64,000 nucleotides of DNA from Calcarisporiella thermophila CBS 279.70 (taxonomy: Eukaryota > Fungi > Calcarisporiellomycota). Every line of letters begins with the position of its first letter. The stretch's first letter is position 1. The DNA lies in contig NW_027192192.1 of assembly GCF_041956535.1 (NCBI RefSeq), forward strand, positions 1,277,111 through 1,341,110. Direction: 5' to 3'. The notes beneath the pieces are model-generated. The model searched no databases and was not told where the DNA came from. It worked only from the letters and a program-made list of their open reading frames with translations. The translations under genes were made by a program, and so were the position numbers. Shown piece after piece: positions 22,575 to 36,211 of this stretch.

Positions 22575-23243
22575 TTAGATGTTGGAGGGGTAGAGCATCT
22601 GCAAGAAATAAGGAAGAGAATCAGTGGCCAATTCAAAGCTACAAAAGGCAGAGAGCCACTTACGACGCGGACAGAGGCACCAAATGCGCGGGGAGGAAGA
22701 TTCGACCTGAACTTGGCCTTCACCACGCCGGAGGTACCATGGGTCCGTGTAACACGTCCCCAGATCACGCGGATCTTTGAGCCGTTCACCTCACGCTTCG
22801 CCCGATAGACGTATGCAACGCGCTTGCCAAGGTAGAACTGAGCATCTGTGGGGGTCTTGCAGTTCTCGATCTGGACAAGGGAGGTGTTTGGCGATTGGTT
22901 GCGCTTGGCACGCTTGAAGCCGAGAGCACGGCCCTTAGCATACAGACTATTAAAAAGGACTTCCATTAGTGAATCATGGGGAGTCGAAAGAATGCATGCA
23001 TCGATTGTATTGGATTTTATCTCCATCTCTATTCCACTTATGGACGGAACCAGCATTGCTAATTCCATCGAATTCTTTGGATTTAAGAAAGTGTCCATCA
23101 TTCTCAACCCATCTCCTCGGATAGATTCCCTCCAAACAACATTGATACTCCAAAGCAACCGACCCATCCATCGAATCCATCCATCATCTCCTCATCTTCC
23201 ATCAGCTAACGGAGCAGATTACTCACCGAACAGGTTGAGCCAT
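22575..23243 (-). CDS. RPL33: 60S ribosomal protein eL33 (L35a)
   Basis: MAQPVR|LYAKG...[11 protein letters not shown]...[25 protein letters not shown]...VRV|MLYPSNI. Intron 1 at 23226-22947 and a second short intron. Confidence 0.97.
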
Positions 23244-23438
23244 TAGTTCCTCTGATATATCTTCGGTTCTCGAAGCGTTTAGAGAAAAAGAAAAAAAGGA
23301 GGTCCAAAAATTTTGATGGATTTCTTTTGATAAAGTGCAACTCGAGGCCAAGTAGGGGAGTCCAAGCCACACATTCTTGTTATTTTGGCCACCCAACTCC
23401 TTCCATAAACCTGGTTCTGCTCAACACATCTTCACCTC

Positions 23439-26400
23439 ATGTCAAGCAGCAGTGAAAATGACCAAGACTTTGTCTTCCCTCCATCCCCGAATTGGTATTC
23501 TGCACAACTCTGCGACTATTCCCCAGCGCTGAATCTCTTCGTCTATGCCGCACGCAGTTTGCTCTATTTATTAGATTCGCGAACCCTCATCTATAGGGGA
23601 CGTTTATTGGGCCATACGCAGCGGATCAATGGAGTGGCCATTGCACCGGATGGGAAGAAATGTGCCTCTGCTGGCACCGACCAAATGGTTCGTGTTTGGT
23701 CTCTGGAGAAAATGCATTCACTAGGGGTGGTTGATTTGCACAAGGTATTTCGAATTCAGACTGTTCTTTGACCCTATCAACTAATCGACGTACGTGTTCC
23801 AAACTGACCGCCTTAACAAATATGTTTTTTAGAGTGAAGTTCTTGCCATTACTTGGATAAACGATACGACGCTTATCTCGGGCGACAAAAATGGTCAACT
23901 GTTTCTTCTCGACATTGATACCGCTAAATATACCAAATTCTCGTTTCTTTCGTCAGCAGTATACTGCCTCGCCGCTTTTTCTGATATGGTTGCAGTTGGG
24001 TAAGCGACAAACAGTAATTCAACTTGAGCCCTAAAGCTGAATATACTGCATCTACTAGATATCAGAACGGAACCATTGCTATTCTTAAGGCAAAAATGGA
24101 AGAAATCTCAGCGCTGTATCAACTTCAAGGTCATGACGATGAAATTCATTCACTCAGCTGGCAACCCCCAATCTCAGAAGGTGAGTGTTGATATCGCTTC
24201 TGAGGCATGCGATGTATTGAAATAGTTTATCGGTGCTGTTCATTCTTAGCAAGAGTGCCCTATCTCTCCTCCGGAGCCCGTGACAAAACGATAAGAATAT
24301 GGGATGTTCCAGAAGAAAAGGAATTGCATAATTTTTCACTACCCAAAGCAAAAGGGCATTACACTGAGCAACAAAAGTCCCGCCTCTGGGTTACTACCAC
24401 GTGGTCGCTCTCCAACCCGAACATCTTGTTCTCCAGCTCTTATATGTGAGTTCCTTTTTAAATCCTGAAGCAATTCACAAAGTTACCCTTATTTCTATTT
24501 TTTTTTCTCGCTAATCTTAGGGGTGATTTGCTTAGTTGGAATATCAATGCAAGAAGAGAAAAGCCAGAAAAATTCGGCGAGGCCCATTCGAGATGTATAT
24601 TTAAAATATTAATGACCGAGGGAGGGAAGCAACTCATCACCATCTCGATGGATCGACAGGTAGAGTGGGGCTCTTCATTTTTTACCAGCTCTTTTCATTG
24701 AATTAACTCGCTGAATTTCACTGCCAAGATCGCTTTATGGGATGCTGCGACTCGCAAACCTCTACTTCTCCTCTCAGCTCTGGGGGGCCACGTCTATTCC
24801 CTTTCCCTCTCTCAACCCGACCCCTCCCAGCTTGCCCTCGGCTTGGGCGATAACACGCTCCGTATCTGGAATCATACCTCCTCAGCAAATCCTTACTCCT
24901 CTATCTCGTTATGGAAAGGGCTGAAAGCCAAGGTTACGCGAGTGGCATGGCACCCAACTCGCGAGGGAATTATCGCGTACTCGACCGATATAGGCGGGAT
25001 TGGAGTAGGAGATTGCTACAGTGGAGGGTCGGGAGGAAAATTGGTAGGAATGAAGGGTTGGCATCGCGATAAAGTGTACGCACTGTGTTGGGGCCGCCGG
25101 CCCCAAGTGGCCGAGCCAGAGAGAAGGAATGGGGAGGAGGCTGGGATAGGCGAGGCAAAAGAGAGCAGCCCTGAAAATCATGGGGGGAATGCAAACGAAG
25201 AAGAGCTAGTTCTTTATTCCTGCGGTGGAGGCGTTGTATTTATTAGCGATCCAGCCAAGCCGAACAAGGCGCCCGTGGATTTGGACCAACTAATCGAGAA
25301 GTCCAATCCCGGTTGGGCCAATGTTGTAAGGGTAGGAGGTTTAATAATACGATGGGCGTTTTTTTTTTCGAGATTTATAGCGACTTTACTGATAGGGCAA
25401 GACTTCAAAAGCAGTGCAACGTACTGAGGTGATCGCTCATCCCCGCGGTACCCATGTGGCGATTGGTAACGCTGATGGATCTATTGAAGTCTACTCCTTG
25501 CCAGCGCTTAAGTTCTTGTATTGGTTCAACGGGCATACGAGGCTGATTAATCGGCTGCGGTGGTGTGACACCTCGGAGGGATACTGGCTAGCATCGGGTG
25601 CAGATGATGGAATGTTAGGGATCCACAATTTGACAGATACCAGTGTGTGCAGCCATGATACGGGTAAACCGCACTTGCTCTTTAATCCCGCCAACCCTCA
25701 TTTTCCCATAAATCTAACCCTCGCTCTAACCTCTCTCACTTTCAGCGGCTCTACCCATACCTACCAGCTCCTGTTTTCGCTTTTTTAAAGCTCATAAAAA
25801 TGGCTTAACTGATATCGTCTTTCGGCCCTCCAATCCCCTACACATCTTAACCACCTCTTTTGATGGGTTTGCCGTCGTCTGGAATATCATCGATGGCTCA
25901 CGGTTAGCCCAATTTCGTGGCCACGAGAACCGGATTCTGTGCGCGGCCTGGAACGTATTGGACGAGGATGTCATATGGACCGGTGGGGATGATCAGGTTG
26001 TGTTCGGATGGAGAATTAGTCGGCATCCCTATAGACCCCAGGAGCCATCCCCTCCCAGCGAGGAGGATAATAAGGTGGTGGTGACGGAGTTCGAATCTAC
26101 TGCCAACTCTCTGGGTGGAAACGAAGGCAAAGAGAGTGTCAGGTTAGTTTCGGAAACAAATATCAAAACGGGGGGTGATAGGAAGAAGCGAGGAAAGAAA
26201 ACAAAAGCGAATCTATTTCCATTGAGCACCTCCGCTTTCATGGCCAGTCCCCGCCGAAGAATGCAAGAGGAATGTTTCTTGATAGGAGAGAAACTAATGG
26301 GAAAATGTGTGGATGTGAGTCAAGTAATTGAAAAGGTTGAGAGGTTGGCTGCAATGGGCGAGGAGTCGGGCGCAGGGAAGGATGGCCAAGAAGCGCAAGT

Positions 26401-27447
26401 GAGCGAGAAGTTGAGTTTGGAGAAAAGTTCTGGAGATATGAATGGCGATGGCGAGAGAAAAGCTCCTGCAGTGGTGGATTTGGTCTTCGGTGAGACCCAG
26501 GATATTTACCGTCTTGTCGACACTGAAGGTATGACTACCCGATCCTCTGGAATACTCGGTCTCAACCCTTGACCTTTAATCCTTAACAATACAGCAAAGA
26601 ATCATGAAAGTACGGTCTCTTCTCCCTTGAATCTGGCCATTCCCCTCGAGTTGTGGCGCGGTAATGTCGCCGGCATGCTGAATACATCTGAGGCGGAGAG
26701 TACTCCCACGCTCCAAGATTGGGTAAAACTTGCATTTAGTCCTCTAGGTAAATCACAGATTTCATCCATGACGCAACAGAAATCAATCTCTCAACCTCGA
26801 TCTACCTTTTTTTTTCATTAGCTGGTCGTGACGTTTGGGTGGTGCAAATGCGTAAATTGGCAGAGCGGCTCAAACGCACTGATCCGCATCTCTCCGCGAT
26901 GTGCTTTCTTGCCTGTTCTGACCCAATCTCTGCAGTAGCTGTCTACAGACAAGAAGGGCTTTACCGCGAGGCGATCGCCCTTGCAAAATTACGGGTTCCT
27001 GACGCAGATGCGCTAGTTGGTGAATTACTAGTGGAGTGGGCAGGAGTATTGGAAGATAAGGGCCACTATGAGCAGGCAGCAAAGTGTTATTTGGCAAGTG
27101 GGGCGACCGGAAGCGTGCAGCATGCACTAAATGCGTTGAGCAGGCGGGGGGATATGAGCGCTCTTCGTGCTGCAGCTTGCCTAGCTACACTGATGGACGA
27201 CCCTTCCAAGGAGGAACGATTGGCGAGATATATCGCTCTCCGAAATAAGAAGGAGGCTGAGAGTGGCGCAAAAGAAAACCCAACAGTGGAGGAAGAGAAT
27301 CAAAGCGATGCGAATGGGGAGGGAAGTCAAAGGATGGGCACGAGCGAGTTCAGCCCGCCGGCCCATGAATTGGAGAGTACCGGTGCACAGATGCAGCCAT
27401 CCCATGATACCCAAAGAGGGGAAAAGCAGATGAAGCCTGGCGAATAG
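23439..27447 (+). CDS. GEMIN5: Gemin5 orthologue (WD40 repeats plus TPR-like dimerisation region)
   Basis: N-terminal PPSPNWY and multiple WD40 repeats (GHDDEIHSLSW, GHTRLINRLRW). C-terminal YREAIALAKLR...WAGVLEDKGHYEQAAKCYL matches the remembered animal Gemin5 motif. Confidence 0.85.
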
Positions 27448-27907
27448 ATTCGAGCACGAGGAAATTCCTTTTTTAACCTTTAAGGGGAGGGGGGGGAGGG
27501 GCTTGGACAAGGATGATACCTGTCAGGTCATTGAAGTGACAGTTCTCTATGAAAGGGGGCCAAAGTCAGCCTACCCGATGGTCCGCTATTCCGCTGACGA
27601 ATTAGTACAGACAACGGCTCAGAGCATTAAAAAATGGGTTAGCGTTAATCTACGAAATTGATTCGGAGCTATTGTTTATTTCGTTGAATACTTATAGAGA
27701 AAATGGGAAAGAGTACATATAGGAGCTTGAAATGTGGGGAAATACATGGAAAAAGACAAAAAAAGCATTTAGAAAGAGAAAAAGAAAAAGCATCGTCGCA
27801 AGTAAAAAGGCCTAAGGAAAAATGTACAAAAATATCAAGCCGTTCTCTCCACATCTCCAAAGCATCATATATAGAAATCTATGTATGTAATAAGGGGATG
27901 GATTAAG

Positions 27908-28748
27908 TTAAGAGGAAGAGGAGTTGTTTTGGGCGATGGATTGCTGGAGCATGTTGCGATATGAGACTTTCTCTCCCTTTTTTGAGAAGAACACGTTTGT
28001 GCTCGTCGCACGCGCTACTCCCGTACGCTCGTTGAAGGTTCGGCAAGTGTCGAACTTGGGCGTATACAGATGCAATGAAACCGCGGGCTTCTCCCTGGAG
28101 GGATTGGACACGCGATGCAGCCCAATCTTGTCGTGAATGTAGGTAACGCCATCGCGCTTAAACGTGGTCTGATTGACAATGCGCATTTTTTCAGAGGAGG
28201 AGTTCTTGATCGCGGTGGGGCAATCGGTGGTACCGCATTTGGGGCACGGGAGTGCAGAGTCCGCCTCTGATTCCTGGTAATCATGAGAATCCTGCGGGGA
28301 AGAGGGCCAGGAGTACAGGGTCTCCGTGAGTTCTCCATCGAGGATTTTCATAATACAATGGGAGCCTGAGTGATCGTGAATGGCACTAGCAAACGCCTGA
28401 CGGTTAGTACCGGCCATGCCAGGGCAGGAAACAGCAGCAGAGTCAGCATTCTTACCTCTGGTGCCCTGCTCCCCAGCAGAGAACCAGCAAGTTGAAGTGG
28501 CCATTGCCGTCGTCGACCAGGTTCCGGGTGTAGCGGTAGGGATCGAAATGGGCGTACTTGTGCCAGTCGGTCTCGTTAGAACAGTAGTTTTCCATAAGCC
28601 GCTGCACACGGTTGACATCGACGCTGTCGGAATCGAGGCCGCCGTCAACCAGCTCAGCGTGGAGCAGGCCGACGAGCTCATCAAGGGATTTGGGGATGGG
28701 GACGTCGTCGTAGGCGGGGGAGGCGTGGGGGGCTAGATCGGTAGACAT
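27908..28748 (-). CDS. CDO1: cysteine dioxygenase type 1
   Basis: YTRNLVD, CW...S|AIHDHSGSHC, GLHRVSN and AVSLHLYTP: three-His iron site, substrate Arg and the Cys-Tyr pair. One intron. Confidence 0.93.
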
Positions 28749-29341
28749 GGTTGGCAGCAGAGGAGGGGCGGCAGAGCAGCGCTGGCAGGAAGAGAAAAAA
28801 AGGGTGAGGAAGACAGGCCGTGGGATTTTGGCCATTTATTGGAGCTCTAAATATAATGAGTCAAAGCCCAATTTCTATTTGCTGGCATGGCAGCAGGGCC
28901 TAGGGCCTGTCTGGCGTGCGCTAATCGGTGCTCCCCTCTCTGCTGGGCCGCTTTGCCCCCGCTGATGACCACATCGAATCACGGCGCGGCCCGCCCTCGC
29001 AGTCAGCTTATGCGATGTTCTATGAAGCGGCATGAAGATTTGGTTTCCGGCCTTGCAGCTTTTTTGGATGTCAGTCGAGCAACGACGGGTTGGGATCTGT
29101 GACTGCGGTTGCCTTTGTGTCTGCGTCATTTGAACCTTGTCGAAGAAATCAGTTCTCCGCGTATTCACCCTCTCCTGGCAACGGTGTGTGCATTTCAGAG
29201 AACACAAACATCGTCGACTCTTTTACACGTCATTTCGCCCCGGCTTGGATTTGTTTGCAGAGATTTGTTGGCGAATCACTCTAAGCATCCTTTGCCTTTT
29301 TTTCTTCCTTCCTGGATTACTGTTGGTGTGAGGTGATCGCA

Positions 29342-32300
29342 ATGGAGTCTGGACGCGCCCACGCCTCACCCCAGCACTTGAGGGATTCTCTGGCCGCCTT
29401 TCTGCGCCGTGCGCCTCTTCACTACAACTATGATTTCACTCAGCAGAGAGTGCGCTATGAGATCCTCCTAGAATGTTACACATCTCTATGGGGCAGGCGG
29501 GATGAATTCATGCATTTGCTTTTTCCCCGCGGGTTCGAAGACGCGGGAGGAGTCGAGGGGATTTTGCAACAGCAGCAGCACGAACTAGACTTTGATCTCC
29601 CGGCTGACGACGAAAATTTGCCGGAATATTCCCCGGCCGCAAAGGGCAAGGCATGCGGGCATGTGTTTCGGAGAGGAGAGCCAGTATACCGTTGTAGGTG
29701 AGAGATGATTCCTGCTTCATAGCGTCCTATGTCTGGCATTCAGCCGACATTTCCGCCCTCTACTATGCCCGCATTATTAACGAGAGACCTTTTTTATTTG
29801 GCATTCCGTAAATCTAGAAATTGCGCCCTCGATGACACATGTGTTTTGTGTTCCAGATGTTTCTACGCTTCAGATCACAGTGGTCACGATACGGTTATTT
29901 CAATAAATAGCGGGACGGGCGGTTGCTGTGACTGTGGTGACCCGGAAGCATGGAAAATACCTATGCACTGCCCATACCATTCCTCTGATCCCGATGCTTC
30001 GAATTCCTCTGACGATGCCACTGCTAATCTTTCCAACCCCGCGTCGGCAACCGCTGCTCAGTCTTCCACGGATGGGTCCAAGCTTGCCGCCCTCCCCTCG
30101 GAATTTATCGACTACATCCGCACGACCGTCTCCACCATACTCGATTTTGTGCTCGAAACGCTCACCTGCTCCCCCGATGACTTAACGCAGCAGAACACCG
30201 TGGAGGCCGTGAGGAGTAGCGCCAACAAATCGAGCCGGTTTATTGAAAAAATCTCAGGCGAGCCCGAGCCAGAACAAACCACCTATGCTTGTGTGCTGTG
30301 GAACGATGAAAACCATTCGTTTGAGCAGGTGATCTACCAGCTTCTGGAAGCCACAAGCTGTCAGAGGGAAGTAGCGAGGAGAATAGCAGAAAATGTGGAC
30401 AAGAGGGTAAGCTGGGCGCATTGGCTCTCCCTTGTAGAGCGGCAAGCATAACACAGATCTAATGCCTCTGAAATATAGGGTCGCGAGATAGTCGAGATCT
30501 CCAACGATCTCCCGCGCCTTGTTCAAATAGCAAACTCGATCTCTTCGGTTGGGCTGGCAGTCACCGTTCGCGCCGCGCGTGATACCTTCCGCGAGCAGAT
30601 GTCTGGCCTGCTCATCGACTGGCTACGGATGCTCTCCTGCGGCAAGCACCGATTCTTTTCAAATGTGCCGGGCTCCGCGGAGGCCTTTCGACAGATACTG
30701 TGTGAGGAGCTTTGTCGTGAGTGGGATACCGTAGATACCTCATGTATGATTACAATTGGCGAGATGGGGCCCGAGGGATGGGATGATCACGAAGGCAGGG
30801 ATATGTCTGGGGATGAAGAGGACGAAGACATGGACGAGTCGGCTAATGAGGACGACTTCAATCCGATGGTGGTCGATAATAATACTGAGAGCGGAGTCCC
30901 TGAAGAACCGACTCAATCGGGTGTATTGTCGGTGCTGGACACGGGATCCATTCGCTCCTGCGAAGATCCAAGATTAACCCTCCGAATAGACTGGCTGCTA
31001 ACGTACGACCTCCGGTTGTGGAAAGAGGCGCGGGGTATACTGCGCGAGCTGTACATCGGCACACTAGTAGTGAGCCCTGAATATAAGAAGATTATGGGTA
31101 CGGTTGCTTTTCATTCTGTTCTTTGCTCTAAGGTGGGGGTATCCTTTGACCTCATGGATGGCTTTTTACATAGGCATTCGATTTGCCCGCAACTATGGGA
31201 CCCTCGCCAATCACTTCTTGCTTCGTGATCGCGAAATGGAGCATTCCGTGATGCTCTTCTCTGTGCAGCTCTTCACTGTACCCACGGTTGCGTATATGCT
31301 CGTGAGTGATCACGACTTCCTCTCCGTTGTGTTTGCCATTCTGCAAATGTACTTCACGAGAGACAACGTCATTTCGATCGCCGATGTCCACCGCCCGGTC
31401 CCACCGAATGCACAAATCAACTGCGACTCTCGAGCGTTCAAAAATTGCCGCTACTTCCACATCTTCCACGATCTAAGATACCTCGTGTCAACCGATGCGG
31501 TGCGCGGCATTATCCCCCGCAATCGTTACTACCTCTCGCAGTATCTTGATCTGTTGACCCTCTTCCAGGGAATGAACCCCAATGTGCGCGCATCGGACCA
31601 GCACGTGGAATACGAGTCGGAGACATGGGTGCACGCCTTTAATCTGACGCTACAGCTATCTCGCTCGTGCAGGCACTTTGCAGAGTGCTTTACAATGAAC
31701 ACCGAAGTGTTGAGCAACACAATCCGTCGAGTGCTCCAGAAACTCTCGGGCTGGGCGGGCATGCGTCTCATGGGGCAAGCAGCCTCCGAGCAACCTGGCT
31801 TCCACACGGTGGCCATGCATGCTGGAAACTTCAAGGTGGTGAAGTTTAGCGTGGCTTCGCAGCCCGTGTCCTTCCACCATCCATTGCACTGGTTCCTGGC
31901 CGAACTCCTTGAGAACGTCAGCCTGCTAGACGACGCGAAGCTGCGCGCGTTTGGGTGGGAAACTTTCCGGGATCTGGTGCTGAGTTTTGCGGAGCTACCT
32001 CAGGAGGACACGGAGGAGCTTGGGCAAGAAATGGCCCTCCGCCGGCCTGTGGAGGACAAACTGCTCATGGTGGTAGATTATCCAATCCAGGTGCTCGTGC
32101 TGCTCGCGCAGATTCGCTCAACACTGTGGGTGCGAAACGGGTATGGCATTCGTAGCCAAGCACACCACTATCGGGATGTATCTCTGCGCGAGAACACATA
32201 CGACACGGACATCTATTTGCTGCAGATTGCATTCACGGTGCTGGATCCAGACGTTTTGCTCGTGTCGCTACTCGACCGATTCGATCTAGTCTCATGGTTC

Positions 32301-35300
32301 AGCGGACACCGCGAGCACCGCCTCTACGACCATGCGCAGACCGTTTTCCTTGCGGAAGAGTTGCTGCTCCTCCTTATCATATGCATGAGCGAGCGCGCCA
32401 AGGCGATCGGTATGTCTGCGGAGGAGGAGATCCGGCGCGAAATCATTCACGGACTGTGCATTCAACCGATTGCGTACTCGGAGCTGACCCGCCGCATCCC
32501 CGAACGCCTGAATGAGAACCCACGCTTCGATGAGATCCTAACGCAGCTCGCCAACTTCAAACCGCCCGACGGCATGTCCGACCACGGCACCTACGAGCTG
32601 CGTGATCAATACTATGACGAGGTGAACCCCTACTTTGTGCACTACACGCGCAACAACCGCGAGGAGTCGGAGGAGATTCTCAAGAAGCGGCTGAAGAAGA
32701 AGTATCCAGACGCGACCCCGCTTCTTCTCCCCCGGCTCACCAAGATCGACGTGGGCCCCTTTGTAAATATTGGCGAGGCTTTGCACTCTAAAACCATGAC
32801 GCAGATTATTTTTTATGCACTTTGGAATGCCATGGACGACACCAAAATCACAAACGACACCCTCATTGACGAAGCATTGCATTTGTGTGTGATTGCACTT
32901 TTGGACGAGAACAACAAAGCATCGAAACACTGGCATACTAGAACGGGGGGCCAAGAGGGGATGGAGGTGGAGGCTGGCGAGAGCGGCATGGAGGGGTTCG
33001 CACGCCACGCCACCATGGAGAGATTCTCGGTGGTCCAGGACATCGAGCGCCACCACATCAGCCTGCTCACATTGCTATTACGCTGCGCATCGGATGCCAC
33101 CTACAAGGAACTGCATCCGAAGGTGCACTGGATCCTCGACCGACTCGAAGAGGTGGGCCCCGCCCTCGCCAAGGAGCTCATTGGCGATTTCCGCCGAGCG
33201 CTGGCCGCCGCCTCAGCCTCGGCCCACCGCCCCTCCCAGACCGAGCTGACGGAGCAGGAGCGGAAAAAGCAAGAGGCACGCGAACGCCAGGCACGGATTA
33301 TGCAGCAGTTTCACCAGGCGCAGCAGAGCTTCCTTGAGAAGCACGAGGATCTCTACGAGGACGATGAGTACGCAGACGACACCCTCGAGTTGTATTCCGA
33401 GTCCAAGGTAAAGGCCGAAGGGGACGAGCACTCGGAAGAGGAGGTGCTCTGGCTATTCCCATCGGGCACCTGCATTGTATGCAAGGAGGAGGCAAAACCT
33501 GGCGAGCTGTACGGGATGCTTGGGCTCATCCAGCCCTCGAACGTGCTCCGCCAAATGCCCTTGGAGGATGCGGACTTTGTGAGTGAAGCGTTGCACGTGT
33601 CGGAGCACTTGGACGTGGCCGCGGCTCCACAGGGCATAGGAGCTTCGGCAGAGGCCTCTGCCCACACACCCTCGAACCTTTCCGTGGGCTCTATGGCGCC
33701 CCCCACCGGCTCCTCCGCGGGAGGCGTGCCACCAAGCCAAAGCCGCCTGCAGTGCAAGGGCTTCCCGGCCGACTCGCATTGGTCCGGCACCTATTCCTCG
33801 AGCTGTGGGCATTTCATGCACATCCGCTGCTTTGAGACCTACTATGCGTCGTTGGAGCAGCGCCATGGGGCGCAGCCCACCCGCAACCACCCCGAGGACA
33901 TTGAGCGCATGGAGTTCATTTGCCCGCTGTGCAAGTCGCTCGGCAACGTGATTCTGCCCATCGTTTGGCGAGGGGTGCATGAAACCTACCCGGGCGTGTT
34001 GTTCCCGGACACCGAGCTGCGCGAGTGCATCGAGCTTCAGCTTGGGACGCTCATTGACGAGCTGGAGGACGTGGTCTGGCGTGGGGTGTCCACGGGCGAG
34101 ATCGACCCGTGGCCACTGTCGACGGGGCGCACCCTCTTCCGAAACGGCCAGCAGGGTGGGGACGCAGCGAGCGAAACGGCGAGCTCCCCCAGCGAACCGG
34201 AGGAGCTTCTGCCCATTGGGCGGAGGGCTCGCAGCGCGTATCCCGCACGGTTCCGGCAAGCCGTCGCGCAATTCCCGCAGATTCTCCAGGACTTTCTGCG
34301 GCCGTCGGGCAACCTTCTCAACAGCAGCTCTGCCGACCTCTACGACGAGTTCTTCTCGAGCATCCTGGACGACCAGCGCTCCGATCACCCGTCCTCGTTG
34401 CCCTCCCAGACCAACCCCAGTCTGCACCCCTCCGAGCCGACCGCCTTGCTGGTCAACCCCGCCGACACGCAGACCGTGCGTAAAATGTACGTGCGGCTGG
34501 CCGCCGTGCTCTTCGAGCTGCACCCCAAGGCCAAGCAGAATCGCCTGCGCAACGATAGCGGGGCGAAGTCGGCGGAGCTCCTGTGGGATCTGTTCGGCTA
34601 CACCATCTCCTGCAACGAGGCTGCCCAGCGCGGCATGGGGGTCCCCACGGCCGGCGGGGAGGGCGGCTCTGGCACCGTGGTGGACGGGCTCAGCCAGCAG
34701 ATCACCACCCTCCATCGCGTGCTGGCGCAGTCGATCGCCACCTACCTGGGAATGATGGCCCGCAAGGAGCGGCGCGCCCTGTCCCTGAAACGCCTCCTCA
34801 CCCGCCGCCTCCGCCAAATCCTGGTGGAGCGGCCGTGGCCCCGCGACCACACCGACACCTCATCGAGCATGATGTACGGCGAGCTTGCGCCCCTGTTGCT
34901 GGAGGATCCGTTCCAGGTGCTCTCGGAAGTCACCACCAACCCCTTCTCCAACGTGGCCCCGCACCACCTCATTCGCCTCTGCTACGCCGCCGAGGTCGTT
35001 CGCTCGCTGGTCGGGATCGCAGAGTCCGTGATCGCCGGGCACGCGTGGCTCCGGGACGAGCGGACACGGCAGTTCCAGGTGGCGGCGGAGCGGCGTGGGG
35101 CGCGCGAGAATGAGCCCACGGACCGGCTGAGGGAGTTCATCGCATGGCTGCTCCGGCAGTGCGGGCATGGCGAGGAGACCGTGGGCCGCTTCTTCTCCGC
35201 ACCCCTCGGTGCGTATGTGAGGCTTGTGCGCTCCACCACGCTGCCTTTTCTCCGCCGCCTGGTGATCCTGATGCATGCGCGCTTTGGGATCCAGTTTCCG

Positions 35301-36211
35301 CGGGCGCGCGAGGTCGGCATCTCCACCGACGAGACGGAATACGATCGGCTGTGTCGGTACCTCAATCTGCCCACGCTGCACGAGCTGTGTGCCGGGATCC
35401 GCGTGGCCACCGGCGCCCGTCCCCCATCCTCCACCGGGACCCCCGACGGCTCGACGATGGCCACGATCATCGAGGGATGGTGCCGACACCTCTTGCGGTA
35501 TCGCCAGCAACAGGTCGGCGCAGGCGCCGCGGGAAGCCCCCTCGCGGTCGGGAAGCCGGAGCCCATCTCGCTCCACTACCCGGCCATCTATCAGCTGGTG
35601 GGCCTGCCCTATCGGCTGGACACCCTCTTCGACGAGAGTCTGAAGCGCGTGTGCAAGAACTGCAACTGGCGGCCGCCGGATCCGGCGCTGTGCCTCTTCT
35701 GCGGCACGTTTGTGTGCAGCCAGAGCTTCTGCTGCTCCAACGAAAGGGAGGGCGAATGTAATATACATATGAAGACGTAAGTGGAAGCCGGCTGTGTGGT
35801 TGGGCTTTGGAATTCGTGCTCACCTCTGCTTCTCTTTCCTTCTCTCTCTTGATGCCCCCGCATAGATGTGGAGGCGAAGTAGGGCTCTATTTCCTGGTGA
35901 AGAAGTGCGCGTTGTTGTTGTTGCACCACCACAACGGCTGTTTCATGAACCCGCCCTACTTGGATTTGCACGGAGAGGTGGACCTTGGTTTAAGGTGGGT
36001 TGGGCCTTAGGAGACGGGATTCCCCCTCCCCCTAACCTGCGACTAACGCTGGGTATGCTTGATATTTTTTATTAGGAGAGGACGACCCCAATTCCTCAAT
36101 CTGCGGAGGTATGACGAGGTACGTAAACTCTGGCTCCAGCACGGTATTCCTGTGCAGGTCGCTCGCAAGATTGAACAAAGCTACGACCTTGGCGGGTGGA
36201 CGACCCTATAA
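29342..36211 (+). CDS. UBR1: N-end rule E3 ubiquitin ligase
   Basis: UBR box (CGHVF...YRCRNCALDDTCVLC...GCCDCGDPEAW), ClpS-like LWNDENHSF, RING-H2 (CIVC...SSCGHFMH...CPLC) and C-terminal PYLDLHGEVD...RRGRP. Five introns. Confidence 0.96.

Noticed and set aside
22511-23167. 218-aa ORF suggesting an extended RPL33
   Set aside because: It reads through introns; canonical splicing yields normal eL33.
27908-28748. CDO as a PCO/ADO-type N-terminal cysteine oxygen sensor
   Set aside because: It has the YTRN Arg and SLHLY/Cys crosslink motifs of free-cysteine CDO1.
33453-35768. Long antisense and alternate-frame ORFs (465, 302 and 258 aa) over UBR1
   Set aside because: Shadow ORFs caused by the high third-position GC of the UBR1 3' half; no protein-like motifs.
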